Source: Flavobacteriaceae bacterium (GTDB lineage Bacteria; Bacteroidota; Bacteroidia; Flavobacteriales; Flavobacteriaceae). From it: a stretch of 64,000 nucleotides of DNA. Below the pieces are notes generated by a model. That model saw only the letters and a list, made by a program, of their open reading frames with translations, was not told the origin of the DNA and did not search any database. This document shows positions 28,153-38,498 of this stretch, one piece after another; the first letter of the stretch is position 1, and every line of letters starts with the position of its first letter. The DNA is taken from contig CAXXHF010000001.1 of NCBI GenBank assembly GCA_963669405.2, forward strand, positions 194,493-258,492, in the 5' to 3' direction. Position numbers and translations under genes: made by a program.

Positions 28153-30513
28153 TTAATCGGTTAACTGATAATTTGGATTCACTTCTTTTTTCTTAAAATC
28201 CCTAAAAGCATATTTTAAATGGAATGAAAAGAATTTTGTGCTGGACGGGTAAGATTCTATAAGTTTAAATGTGCCATTATTTTGACTTTCACCATTATAG
28301 GTTTGCTTATATACATTGTTTCCGGTTATATCTTGTGCAGACAACGTAAGTGTAAACCTCTTTTCAAAAAATTGCTTTTGTACGGATAGATTAAAGAAAT
28401 GGGCTGCAGAAATCCTACTATTGGCATGTAAAGTAGGCCCGTTATAATTGGCGTCAAATTGAAACTTAAGTGTATTATTTATTCTATAGTTAGTAGATAG
28501 GTTGAATCTTGAGCTATGGGTGCTTAAATCTTCTAATGGGTTTTTATTATTAATATTTTGCTTATAGAACGCACCTCCGAAGTTAACGTCAATTTTTTCT
28601 GATACACTCCAATTTCCCGTAAACTCCATTCCATAGTTTTGTTCATTAGCAACCAACAAAGGGAAATTTTCAAATCTGTTTTCTCCTACCGATTCTAAAA
28701 CCCTAAACCAACTGTTGGCTACATATCGGTAAAATAGATCAATACCTAAAGTTAGCTTTTCAAAAGATTTATTTAATCCAAACTCTGTTAAATGAACCTT
28801 AGCATCGGTTAGTTCTGGATTTCCACGCCAGGTTACTTGATTATCCGAATAAAGTATGATTGGGCTTAAATCTCTTACAGAAGGCCTTCTAATGCGTTTG
28901 GAATAGCTTAATGTAACCCTATAATCATTTGGCCAGCTTTTCTGTAATTGTATTGAAGGAAAGATATCGAAAAGAGAATTGTTCAATACGGTTTTCAAAT
29001 TTCGTTTAGAATATTCTAAACGAGCCCCCAATTGATAATCAATATTTTTCCATTTCCCACTATAAGTGCTATATAGGTTATAGATATCGAACCTAAAATC
29101 TACCCCCGTATCTTCTTGTGATACTCCATAAAAGAATTCTTCAAATGTATTTTTTCGTTTATAATATTCGTGTAGAATTCCGAACTCAAATTTTGAAGTA
29201 TCATTTAACGCTTTGCTATAGTTAATTTCATTGTGCCAACGATTCCTTTTTTCTTTTTGATAAAAAGCAGTTTCATCTATTTGCATTGCATCTGTATCGT
29301 CTGCTGAAGTAGAAGTAAAATAATCTCTGAAATTATCTCTATTATTGCTCGAAATGGAGAAATCTGTTAGAAAATGTAATTCCCCATTTTCTAAATTAAC
29401 TATGTCTTCTACTGTGAATTGATATTGTCTTGCAACCCGATCATTTCTATAATCTAACTTCCCATATATAAGTTTGTTATTTTCAAGGTCCTTGTCAGAA
29501 GCTAAAGCATTGTATTTAGAATCCCCGTAATCCAGCATAGTCCAAAATGAAAGTGTGTGCTTTGCAGATAAATCAAAATCGATCCCTGCTTGGGCATTAA
29601 GACCTTTGGCGTATAACAATTGATTACCTAATCTGGTACGTGAAAAACTATAGTTGTCATTCAAAATGGTCACATTTGTAGGCCCTTCTAGTTGAATGGT
29701 GTCTTGTGTAGCAGTTATTTGAAAATGAAACCTTGTTTTATCAGATTTTAATTGTGTATTAGCATTTATGCGTTTTGATGAATTTCCCTGGTTACGGTAA
29801 TCATAACGAAAACCAGCTTGCCCGCTAATACCGTTATTGTATTGTTTTTTCAGTATCACATTGATAATCCCCACTTCGCTATCTGCCATATATCTTGCAG
29901 ACGGATTTGTAATAACTTCAACACGGGCAATAGTGGCTGTTGGTATATTTTGTAAAGCTTCAGGGCCGTTAAGGCTTGTTGGCCTACCATCTATAAGTAC
30001 TTTAAAATTTTGACTACCCCGAAAGGAGATTGCTCCAGCTCCATCTACGTTAAATGAAGGAACTTTGTTTAATGCATCAATAAGAGAACTCCCTGCCGAA
30101 CTCAAATTTTCGCTTATTTGTATTACTTTTCTATCTGCTCTATTTTTCACAAATTGCCGCTTCTCTGTGATCACAACTTCATCTAAAGTTTCGGAATTGG
30201 GAACTAGCTTTGTAATTGGTACTACAACATCTTTGTTTGAAGCCGAAATAGAAATATTTTCAATAGAGACCTCCTTATATCCAAGAAATGTAATAACAAT
30301 CCTATAACTTCCTGATGCAATTTCACTAATAATAAAATTACCGTTTTCAGCAGTCATTGCTCCGTTTACAAGTTCATCCGAATCATAGACGGCTACAGTT
30401 GCAAACTCAAAAGGGGTATTGTTTTCATCCACTACCTTACCAGAAATACTCCCCGTTTGTGAAAAAGAGATAAAAGTGGACAAAAGAACTATAAAATTTA
30501 ATGCTAGTTTCAT
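28153..30513 (-). CDS. TonB-dependent receptor / outer-membrane beta-barrel
   Basis: Signal peptide, carboxypeptidase-regulatory-like N-domain, plug RVEVITNPSARY, C-terminal barrel. Confidence 0.9.
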   Translation of the reverse strand: MKLALNFIVLLSTFISFSQTGSISGKVVDENNTPFEFATVAVYDSDELVNGAMTAENGNFIISEIASGSYRIVITFLGYKEVSIENISISASNKDVVVPITKLVPNSETLDEVVITEKRQFVKNRADRKVIQISENLSSAGSSLIDALNKVPSFNVDGAGAISFRGSQNFKVLIDGRPTSLNGPEALQNIPTATIARVEVITNPSARYMADSEVGIINVILKKQYNNGISGQAGFRYDYRNQGNSSKRINANTQLKSDKTRFHFQITATQDTIQLEGPTNVTILNDNYSFSRTRLGNQLLYAKGLNAQAGIDFDLSAKHTLSFWTMLDYGDSKYNALASDKDLENNKLIYGKLDYRNDRVARQYQFTVEDIVNLENGELHFLTDFSISSNNRDNFRDYFTSTSADDTDAMQIDETAFYQKEKRNRWHNEINYSKALNDTSKFEFGILHEYYKRKNTFEEFFYGVSQEDTGVDFRFDIYNLYSTYSGKWKNIDYQLGARLEYSKRNLKTVLNNSLFDIFPSIQLQKSWPNDYRVTLSYSKRIRRPSVRDLSPIILYSDNQVTWRGNPELTDAKVHLTEFGLNKSFEKLTLGIDLFYRYVANSWFRVLESVGENRFENFPLLVANEQNYGMEFTGNWSVSEKIDVNFGGAFYKQNINNKNPLEDLSTHSSRFNLSTNYRINNTLKFQFDANYNGPTLHANSRISAAHFFNLSVQKQFFEKRFTLTLSAQDITGNNVYKQTYNGESQNNGTFKLIESYPSSTKFFSFHLKYAFRDFKKKEVNPNYQLTD

Positions 30514-30535
30514 TTTTCTTAGTCAATGTATACTC

Positions 30536-30603
30536 AAAAGTATCTGGCATGATGTCAAAAGAAAAGTGTTTTGCAGGCAATGCGGAAATATTTGAAAGCA
30601 ATG
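30536..30603 (-). promoter_or_regulatory. -7 box and LytTR-type direct repeats
   Basis: TACTTTTG on the minus strand (30543-30536); GCAATG at 30577 and 30598 (21-bp period). Confidence 0.5.
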
Positions 30604-30656
30604 GGAATTAGCCCTTTAAAAAAGTCTTTATCTTGCATGAAACAACGATAGATTGC

Positions 30657-31754
30657 ATGATACAATTATCAAAAAGGCAAAAGCTGATTTGGATTCCTGC
30701 TATATGGGCAGTGCTTGGTATTGTTTATGCTTTTCAAATATATTTTTACAATATAAATTTAGGAAGCGATTGTGAGCCCTTTAGTTTTATTGCCTATTAC
30801 CTACCAGAATATCTACTATGGGCAATTTATACACCATATATTTTTCGATTGAACAATCGTTTTCCAATTACCGATGGCAATACATTTAAAGTTGTTCTAA
30901 AAGTAATTCCGTTTGCCGTGCTTTTGTCAATAATTCACTTACTAATAATGGCTACGATACGCTGGTTTTTCTATCAGTGGTATGATTATAGTTCCATTTC
31001 TGGCACCTTAAAAAAGTACCTTGTTACTGAAGTTTCAACTCACTTTTTTATTCCTATACTCTTCTTTGCTTGCACATTAGCTATTGGCTATTTTCTTCAA
31101 TATTATAATAAGCATCAAGCCTTACAAATAGCCTCATTAGAACGTGACAAAGAACTTACCCAATTGCAACTTAAAAGCTTAAAAACCCAGTTACAGCCGC
31201 ATTTTTTATTTAATGCACTTAATACCATTAGTATGTTAGTGCGTCAAAAGGAAAACAAAAAAGCGGTAAAGATTATCTCTGGTTTAGGTGGATTGTTACG
31301 CCACTCATTAGAAAATAAAGAAGAGCAATGGACAACCATTGGCAATGAATTGGAAGTGATTGAAAAGTATTTATTAATTGAGTCGGTTAGATTTGAAGAT
31401 AAGCTTAAATACTCCATAGAAATTGAAGAGACTTTGGAGGGTGTAATTGTACCTGATTTATTGCTACAACCAATCATTGAAAACTCTCTGATACACGGTT
31501 TCAATAATTTTCAAGACAAGGGCAGACTAGTTATTTCAGTTACCAAAGAAGATCCCTTTTACCTGATAAACGTCTGCGACAATGGTGCTGGGTTCAATGT
31601 TGATGAATCATCTTTAGGTTTTGGATTAAACATAACTAGAGAACGTTTGTCAAAACTATATAATTCTAAAGCCAAATTTATCATTGAAAGTACGCTGGGA
31701 AAAGGAACAACCATATGTATAAAATTACCCATAGACCATAGACTGGAGTTATAG
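30657..31754 (+). CDS. LytS-like membrane sensor histidine kinase
   Basis: Four TM helices; QLQPHFLFNALNTI, QPIIENSLIHG, DNGAGF, GFGL. Confidence 0.93.
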   Translation: MIQLSKRQKLIWIPAIWAVLGIVYAFQIYFYNINLGSDCEPFSFIAYYLPEYLLWAIYTPYIFRLNNRFPITDGNTFKVVLKVIPFAVLLSIIHLLIMATIRWFFYQWYDYSSISGTLKKYLVTEVSTHFFIPILFFACTLAIGYFLQYYNKHQALQIASLERDKELTQLQLKSLKTQLQPHFLFNALNTISMLVRQKENKKAVKIISGLGGLLRHSLENKEEQWTTIGNELEVIEKYLLIESVRFEDKLKYSIEIEETLEGVIVPDLLLQPIIENSLIHGFNNFQDKGRLVISVTKEDPFYLINVCDNGAGFNVDESSLGFGLNITRERLSKLYNSKAKFIIESTLGKGTTICIKLPIDHRLEL

Positions 31755-31773
31755 AATAAAGCTTGTTTAAATT

Positions 31774-32571
31774 TTGAAAAAACCACTAAACATAAAAGCC
31801 ATAGTTGTAGACGATGAACCCATTGCCTTAAAAGGGGTAGTATCCTTGTTAAATACAGATGTAGATGTAGATGTAATCGCTTCTTTTACAGAAGCATCAA
31901 AAGCAATAAAGGCTATTAATACGATGACTCCAGATGTGTTGTTTTTAGATATACAAATGCCGAAATACAATGGGTTTGAGGTTATACAACATATTACTCT
32001 CAAGCACATTCCCTTAGTCGTTTTTATTACTGCCTATGATGAGTTTGCACTAAAAGCATTTAACGCCAATGCTGTAGACTATTTATTAAAACCTTTTGAC
32101 GATGAACAGTTTTACGCCATGCTCACTAAAATTAAAAAACTGTATAAGGCGGAGAAGTTCTTTAAAAATGAACAGCAATTACTACAACTATTGCACAACA
32201 TAGACCAAAACACTAAAAACCCAGTAGCATTAGAGAAAAAATATTTAGAACGCATATATATAAAGAATTTCAAGGGTGTCCTTTTTTTGAATACAGATGA
32301 CATTCTTTGGTTTAGTGCCGATGACTATTATGTTTGGGTGCATACCAAAGAAAAGAAGCACCTCATAAGACAAACGATGTTGCACTTAGAAAAAAACCTT
32401 GATCCAGAAAAGTTCATTAGAATAAACCGAAGTATTATCATTCATATTTCTCATATCAAGAAGGTGGTGAATTTGTCACAAAAAGAATATGTGGTTTTCA
32501 CTTTTTCAGAAGAACAGTTTAAAATCAGCTACTCCCGAATTAAAAATGTAAAGAAAATCTTTAACTCGTAA
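31774..32571 (+). CDS. LytTR family response regulator
   Basis: VDDEP, FLDIQMP, FITAYD, LLKP; FIRINRS. Confidence 0.94.
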   Translation: MKKPLNIKAIVVDDEPIALKGVVSLLNTDVDVDVIASFTEASKAIKAINTMTPDVLFLDIQMPKYNGFEVIQHITLKHIPLVVFITAYDEFALKAFNANAVDYLLKPFDDEQFYAMLTKIKKLYKAEKFFKNEQQLLQLLHNIDQNTKNPVALEKKYLERIYIKNFKGVLFLNTDDILWFSADDYYVWVHTKEKKHLIRQTMLHLEKNLDPEKFIRINRSIIIHISHIKKVVNLSQKEYVVFTFSEEQFKISYSRIKNVKKIFNS

Positions 32572-32647
32572 CTAAACAAAGGCCTACGCCATATCAACAT
32601 AGGATTCCCCACTACCCTCCTATTTTAGGGATTGCTGAATAATTCCA

Positions 32648-33577
32648 TCAAACAAAACTAGTGTCGGATAGACTCCTAATAGCATCTGCCAATCGTTTCA
32701 TTGCTATATAATGATCTTTCTTTTCTGGAATAATATTGGTATAATTGAAATGCTGATGTCTCCAAAAAGCAGTAGCTGCAGCTGCATAAACAGCAAAAGC
32801 CTGTAATGCCCTTTTTTCAACGTCTAAAAGTGTTATTTCCTGCTCATATCCACTAAGTAAACTGGTGACTTTTTGAAGGTGGACAGTTTCTCCCTCACAA
32901 CAAGTACCAACAATCATCATTCCTATGTCGAATACTCGGTAATAATAACAAGCCTCCTCAAAATCCATAATGATTCCATGGGTTCTATCCTTAGTCATAA
33001 TAATATTGTCACTAAAAATATCACTGTGTATCATTGCTTTGGGCAAAGCAGGACTTATATTGTTCTCTATATAACCTTGTGTGTCCTTTAACCATCTGTA
33101 AAAAGTGGAATCTGGAGCATAGGCCAACACTTCATCAAAACACTCTTTACCATATGCCACGGCATGAGGGAGGTATTCCGGAGCCTCTATTTTGTGCAAT
33201 TTTGCCAATTCCTTTCCAAGGTATACCAATTGCTTCTGCGATAGGTCTTCTATAAATTCACCTTCAATAAATGCTTTCAACATCACGGGTTTATCTTGCC
33301 AAATCACTACTAATGCATCATTATTGGTCTTTATCAATTTTGATGTAGCAAATTGATGATGATCCAAATACACCAATAGGGAAGCAAGTTCTTTGGTTTC
33401 TTCCAGAGATTTTTGCTCACAGATAGTTAAAACCAATGTATTGGTACTTGTTGTGATTAAGTAATTGGTATTCTGTGATCCTCCCCGTAAAACCTTATGA
33501 GAAACAATTTTCCCAACTGGATAATGGGCTATTATAGTTTGTAAATCCAAATCACTTAAAACGGTGTATTGTGACAT
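32648..33577 (-). CDS. Type II homoserine kinase-like phosphotransferase
   Basis: LAKLH, IHSDIFSDN, IMDFEE. Confidence 0.85.
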   Translation of the reverse strand: MSQYTVLSDLDLQTIIAHYPVGKIVSHKVLRGGSQNTNYLITTSTNTLVLTICEQKSLEETKELASLLVYLDHHQFATSKLIKTNNDALVVIWQDKPVMLKAFIEGEFIEDLSQKQLVYLGKELAKLHKIEAPEYLPHAVAYGKECFDEVLAYAPDSTFYRWLKDTQGYIENNISPALPKAMIHSDIFSDNIIMTKDRTHGIIMDFEEACYYYRVFDIGMMIVGTCCEGETVHLQKVTSLLSGYEQEITLLDVEKRALQAFAVYAAAATAFWRHQHFNYTNIIPEKKDHYIAMKRLADAIRSLSDTSFV

Positions 33578-33578
33578 A

Positions 33579-35030
33579 TTACTTTCCTTTTGTTAAATCC
33601 CAATTGGTTTCCATGGCATGCATTAATGCCTCTTCTAGATGTGAATGATCACATAAATGAACTTTTTCGCAAAGACGTTTGGCGTCTTCAATACTTTGAT
33701 GTTTAGCATCTTTTGGCAATATAGAGGTGTTTAATGCCTTTTTTATGACTTCAGGGAATTTTGATGGATGTGCCGTTGCCAAGCAGATCAACTTCTCATT
33801 GCCAATTCCCTCTCTTAAAACGTCTGCTGCACGTACTGATACTGCTCCGTGTGGATCTAACAGATACCCTTCGGTTGTAAAGATTTCCTTAATTACATTC
33901 AATGTTTCTGTGTCTGAAGCACTATTGGAAAGAAATCCATGGCTGTAGGTGTCATGGGTTTCTTGATCAAACACTACATTTCCAGTAGTTTTAAACTCAT
34001 CCATCCATTTTTTGATCCTTTCGGTATCACCATCTATACTGAAATACAAATACCTCCAAAAATTAAACGGAATCAATATATCAATGGCAGATGAAGACGT
34101 TTCTATAATTTCTTCTTTGGTAAAACGCCCTTCCGAAAAAATACGATGTAAACACGCATTGTCATTATTAGCAGCTATCAAATAATTTATGGGCAATCCC
34201 ATGTTGCGTGCTAAGGCACCTGCACATAAGTTGCCAAAGCCTCCAGAAGGGACTGACATATTAACCTTTTCCCCTACCGTATTGACCACTTGCAAATAGC
34301 CATAAAAATAATGAACCGTTTGCATCATGACACGCCCCCAATTGATAGAATTAACACTGGATAATTTCAGTTTTTCCTTAAATTGCTTGTTGGTATACAG
34401 CTTACTAATTACTAAATCCAAATCATCTCCTCCATCCGGACAGTTGGACACACCTACAGGATGAACATTTGCCTGTTGCAAGGTGGTCATTTGCCGTTCT
34501 TGTTCTTCAGTAATAAGACCTTTGGGGTATAATACCCAAGCATCTACATTAGATTTTCCTGCAGTAAAATATGCCGTTGCAGGGCCCGTGTCTCCAGTGG
34601 TAGCAACCACAAGGGTAAGGTGCTCTCCTTTTCGTTCTAAGAAAAAATTGACCAGATTCACCAGAAAAGCCAATCCCACATCTTTAAAAGAAATGGTTGG
34701 TCCGTGAAACAACTCCATAATGTATGTATCCTCTCTGGATTGCAATGGATACAGCGGAATGATCTCCTCTTTTTCAAAAGGTTCATAGGCGGTATGAAGT
34801 ATGTTTTTTAGTTCTTCAGAAGAAATTATGGACTTATCAATAAACAGTGAAAGTATCTCAAAAGCTAAGGAAACATAGTCCAAATTCTTCCACTCGTTTA
34901 ATTGATCTAATGAAATTTTTGGCAATGTTTCTGGAACATACAAACCACCATCTGCCGCGAAACCGTCTAAGATGGCTGTTTCAAAATCTATAGGCTTTCC
35001 GCCTCCTTTGTTACTTACAAATTGAAGCAT
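33579..35030 (-). CDS. thrC: Threonine synthase
   Basis: GFAADGGLYVP, ELFHGPTISFKD, ATTGDTG, SVNSINWGR, VPSGGFGN, DPHGAV, ATAHPSKF. Confidence 0.9.
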   Translation of the reverse strand: MLQFVSNKGGGKPIDFETAILDGFAADGGLYVPETLPKISLDQLNEWKNLDYVSLAFEILSLFIDKSIISSEELKNILHTAYEPFEKEEIIPLYPLQSREDTYIMELFHGPTISFKDVGLAFLVNLVNFFLERKGEHLTLVVATTGDTGPATAYFTAGKSNVDAWVLYPKGLITEEQERQMTTLQQANVHPVGVSNCPDGGDDLDLVISKLYTNKQFKEKLKLSSVNSINWGRVMMQTVHYFYGYLQVVNTVGEKVNMSVPSGGFGNLCAGALARNMGLPINYLIAANNDNACLHRIFSEGRFTKEEIIETSSSAIDILIPFNFWRYLYFSIDGDTERIKKWMDEFKTTGNVVFDQETHDTYSHGFLSNSASDTETLNVIKEIFTTEGYLLDPHGAVSVRAADVLREGIGNEKLICLATAHPSKFPEVIKKALNTSILPKDAKHQSIEDAKRLCEKVHLCDHSHLEEALMHAMETNWDLTKGK

Positions 35031-35034
35031 TTCT

Positions 35035-35994
35035 TTATTTTTTAATGTAATTGGTGTAAACCGCCTTTGTAATCATAATATCTTGTACTGCAACGCCCGT
35101 TAAATCAACCACCGTAATTTGGTCATCGTTGGTTCGTTGTAAGTTTGGATTTTGAATAGCCGTTCCTAGTTCTACAATGGTATTTTCTGAAAGACAGCCA
35201 TCCCTTATGGCTCTAAAAACCTCTCCTCTACTTTTACTCTGCGGAATACTATCTGCAATAACTATATCTGCTTTTTTAAGTAATTCACTTTCCAGTTCTT
35301 GTTTGTCTTGGGTATCTGAGCCAACAGCAGTTATATGAGTTCCTTTCTGAATGTCACCAGCTTGTAACAAAGCCATTTCTGAAGGTGTAGTAGTCACAAT
35401 TACATTGCAATGTTTGGCAACTTCTGAGGGGGTTTCCGCTATGTGAATAGTAAGATTATCACCCAATTCTTTTGCAAACATTTCTGCCTTTTCTGGATTC
35501 CGTCCCCAAACCCAAACCGTATGACATGGGGTTTGTTTTTGAAGATATTGCAATTGTAATTTTGCTTGTATTCCTGTTCCAATAATTCCGATAGCGCGTA
35601 TGTTTTTTGGAGCAAAGTATTTGGCAGCAAGCGCACCAGCTGCAGCAGTACGAATGTCTGTTAAGTATCCTTCGTCAAGTAAAACCGCTCTTGGCACCCC
35701 TGTTTTTTGATCAAATAGGAGCATCATTCCCTGGCTAGACGGTAAACCGAATTTTGCGTTCTCATAAAACCCAGAAGCAATTTTAATAACATAATAGTCA
35801 TCATTTTTAATATATCCATATTTAATATGAACATCTCCTTTGGGTTTTTCAAACAACAATTCTCCTACTGGGGGTACTACGGTGTTCCCATTACTATATT
35901 GAATGAATCCTTCTTCCATAGCCGCTACAACGTCTACATCTTTAACAATGGACTTAATTTCTTCGAGGTTAATAACTGTCGCCATAGTTGTCAT
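35035..35994 (-). CDS. Ornithine cyclodeaminase / mu-crystallin family protein
   Basis: LTDIRTAAAG, IIGTGIQA, HITAVGSD, DLTGVAVQD. Confidence 0.92.
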   Translation of the reverse strand: MTTMATVINLEEIKSIVKDVDVVAAMEEGFIQYSNGNTVVPPVGELLFEKPKGDVHIKYGYIKNDDYYVIKIASGFYENAKFGLPSSQGMMLLFDQKTGVPRAVLLDEGYLTDIRTAAAGALAAKYFAPKNIRAIGIIGTGIQAKLQLQYLQKQTPCHTVWVWGRNPEKAEMFAKELGDNLTIHIAETPSEVAKHCNVIVTTTPSEMALLQAGDIQKGTHITAVGSDTQDKQELESELLKKADIVIADSIPQSKSRGEVFRAIRDGCLSENTIVELGTAIQNPNLQRTNDDQITVVDLTGVAVQDIMITKAVYTNYIKK

Positions 35995-36946
35995 TTATTT
36001 CGTTTAATAATTTATTGTTGATTTTCTTTCCCGTTAGCACAAGTACAACATTTTTATCACGATAGATATCATCTTTCAATAAAGCTGCTATTGTCATTGC
36101 AGACGAGGGTTCTACTGTGGTATGATGATATTTATAGATAAAGGCTACCGCTTTTTTAATAGCTTCTTCTTTTAGTAAAGTAATTGTTGCTATGTTTTCT
36201 TTACAAATTGAAAAAGTTACAGCATCTTTTTCAATACCTCCGGCTGAGGCATCAGCAATAGTTGTTAATGTACTTGGAGCAACAATTCTATTAGCTTTTA
36301 TTGAATCATGCATTTCTGAAGCGTTTACTGGTTGGCACCCAACAACACGAACTTTTTTATTTTCTGAAAAATAGGAGCTGATTCCAGAAATAAGTCCACC
36401 ACCACCAATGGGTGCTATTACTACATCTACTTGCGGTAATTGATTTTCTATTTCAAGCGCAACAGTTCCTTGCCCTTTTATTATTTCCAGATCATTGTAG
36501 GGGTGAATTAAAACCCCATCACATTCCTTGGCATACTGCGTCGCTTTCGCTTCAGTTTCTATACTGGTATTTCCATATAAAATTTTCTCAACGGAATAAC
36601 TTGTGAGTGCTTTTAGCTTTTCTTTTTCTACATTTTCGGGCAGAAACAATATTCCATTAAAACCAAACTTCTCGGAAGCATGACCAAAAGCTGCAGCATG
36701 ATTTCCTGTGGAAGCAGCAACAAATGTATTATCAAAATCTTCTTTGTCTAAACTGTGTAACTTGCTAAGAACCCCTCTTAATTTAAAAGAATCCGTCACC
36801 TGCAAATGTTCCATTTTTAAATAGATATTTGCTCCAGAAAGGGCACTCAGTTTTGGAGAATGGACCAATGGAGTTTTAACAATATCACCCTTAATAGATT
36901 CATACACCTTCTCTATATCTTTCTTTGTTATAGGCATAGTATTCAT
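35969..36946 (-). CDS. Threonine/serine dehydratase family PLP enzyme
   Basis: KMEHLQVTDSFKLRG, ASTGNH, GQGT, GGGGL. Confidence 0.92.
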   Translation of the reverse strand: MNTMPITKKDIEKVYESIKGDIVKTPLVHSPKLSALSGANIYLKMEHLQVTDSFKLRGVLSKLHSLDKEDFDNTFVAASTGNHAAAFGHASEKFGFNGILFLPENVEKEKLKALTSYSVEKILYGNTSIETEAKATQYAKECDGVLIHPYNDLEIIKGQGTVALEIENQLPQVDVVIAPIGGGGLISGISSYFSENKKVRVVGCQPVNASEMHDSIKANRIVAPSTLTTIADASAGGIEKDAVTFSICKENIATITLLKEEAIKKAVAFIYKYHHTTVEPSSAMTIAALLKDDIYRDKNVVLVLTGKKINNKLLNEINDNYGDSY

Positions 36947-38415
36947 TGTTTAGCTGGAAAATTTTCATCTACACTTTCTATAGTGGCCTGTATGAGCTTT
37001 ACCACATTTTGGAAGAAGGCTGAATTAGTATCTTCAAAATCATCTGTGGGTTTATGATACCCTGAATGATCTTCTTCACTGAAGGTAATATTTGGTATTC
37101 CCTTTAATTGAAAAGGACCATTATCTGAAGAAAGCATCCAATAATCCTTGGTTTTGTCATTTGGGTTGTCATGTCCATAAGATACCGTAAGCGGGCTATT
37201 TTTGGTCAAAGCTTGAACAATGGGTTTAAACTGAGGATACTGATAAGTACCCACAACATAAATTTCGTTTTTTGGATTACGACTTATCATATCAAAATTG
37301 AAATACAATTGAATAGCATCTAAGGAGACTGGTGGATGTTCTACAAAATATTTTGAACCGTGCAATCCTAATTCTTCAGCATCAAAAGCAATAAAAATAA
37401 TAGAATGTTTGGGTCTATGCTTTACAAAGTGCTTTGCTAAAACCAGCATAGCTGAAGTACCAGAGGCATTATCATCTGCGCCATTGTAAATAGTGTCATT
37501 TATTACTCCTAAGTGATCATAATGTGCCCCTACAACCATATATTTCTCTGGATAAATTTCTCCTTTTATATACCCAAGAATGTTCGTTCCTTGTAGCTCT
37601 TTATGAGTGTTCTCATCTACAAAGGTAAATTCTGAATGATAGCTATTATTAAACTTATCCAATTCTATAGTTTCGAAATAGGATGTGATTAGTTTTTGAG
37701 CTTTGTGATTTTCTCCAGTTTTTCTACCCGCAAACTCATCTGAAGAAAGTGTTTCTTGCAAGGTTAATAATTCTGGTTGTTGATTGGTCAATATACCATA
37801 TGCAGTTATTTCTTCCTGGGTCATCCAATGTATATCGTCTGCAGGAGCTGCTTTAAGTGTATACCAATAGAATTCTAATGGGATACCTATCTCTTTGTAA
37901 TATTCCAAATACATCGTATGATCTGGATGATCTTTGGGGTATTCATCACCCCCTTTTTCTCCATCAGACCAAGAATGCACACCAAGTCTTGCTGTACCAT
38001 GTGCATTTCTTTTTGCGCCAGCTAAAAACATATCGGTTCCACCAGAAGCCACCATCCCATCTTTTGGAATATACGTCCCTATATTTCGTTTTCTTATCTC
38101 TTGGGAAGCAATTAGGTTGATTTCATCATCTATGGATCCGGGCACCTCTACCATAGCAATGGTGGTTACTTGTGGGTTTTGTTCCAAAACTTCTATAATA
38201 TCCTTACATGTATTACGGTAAATAACCCCTTTCATATATAAGGTATCCTTCCTTGTTTGGTCATCTTCAAAATAAAATATGGCAACTTCATCTCCTTCAA
38301 AATTTAGTAGCAGTTTCTGAGCAAAACCAGAACTTGATACTATTTGTGGAAAGAAATAGATTCCTATAGCTATTAGAATTAGAATTACTAATGCCCCTTT
38401 AAAGATTCTTTTCAT
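36943..38415 (-). CDS. M28 metallopeptidase fused to an N-terminal ClpP/crotonase-like domain
   Basis: GAHYDH, GADDNASG, DAEE, NFDM, SSDN, YHKPTD; N-part VASGGTDMFLAG...LGVHSW. Confidence 0.85.
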   Translation of the reverse strand: MKRIFKGALVILILIAIGIYFFPQIVSSSGFAQKLLLNFEGDEVAIFYFEDDQTRKDTLYMKGVIYRNTCKDIIEVLEQNPQVTTIAMVEVPGSIDDEINLIASQEIRKRNIGTYIPKDGMVASGGTDMFLAGAKRNAHGTARLGVHSWSDGEKGGDEYPKDHPDHTMYLEYYKEIGIPLEFYWYTLKAAPADDIHWMTQEEITAYGILTNQQPELLTLQETLSSDEFAGRKTGENHKAQKLITSYFETIELDKFNNSYHSEFTFVDENTHKELQGTNILGYIKGEIYPEKYMVVGAHYDHLGVINDTIYNGADDNASGTSAMLVLAKHFVKHRPKHSIIFIAFDAEELGLHGSKYFVEHPPVSLDAIQLYFNFDMISRNPKNEIYVVGTYQYPQFKPIVQALTKNSPLTVSYGHDNPNDKTKDYWMLSSDNGPFQLKGIPNITFSEEDHSGYHKPTDDFEDTNSAFFQNVVKLIQATIESVDENFPAKQ

Positions 38416-38443
38416 TTTTTTATTTTTAAATAGTGTACAAAAA

Positions 38444-38498
38444 AAATCTCCGTACACCAATTAGTTCATACTAATTAAGGTATACGGAGATTTCCGTA
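38444..38498 (-). terminator. Long terminator-like hairpin with a competing alternative stem
   Basis: AAATCTCCGTA...TACGGAGATTT followed by a T8 run on the minus strand; TACGGA-N4-TCCGTA at 38483-38498. Confidence 0.65.

Noticed and set aside
789-32622. Dispersed motif copies as a CRISPR array or integron attC sites
   Set aside because: Spacing is kilobases and irregular, no cas or intI genes are present, and there is no attC-type palindrome
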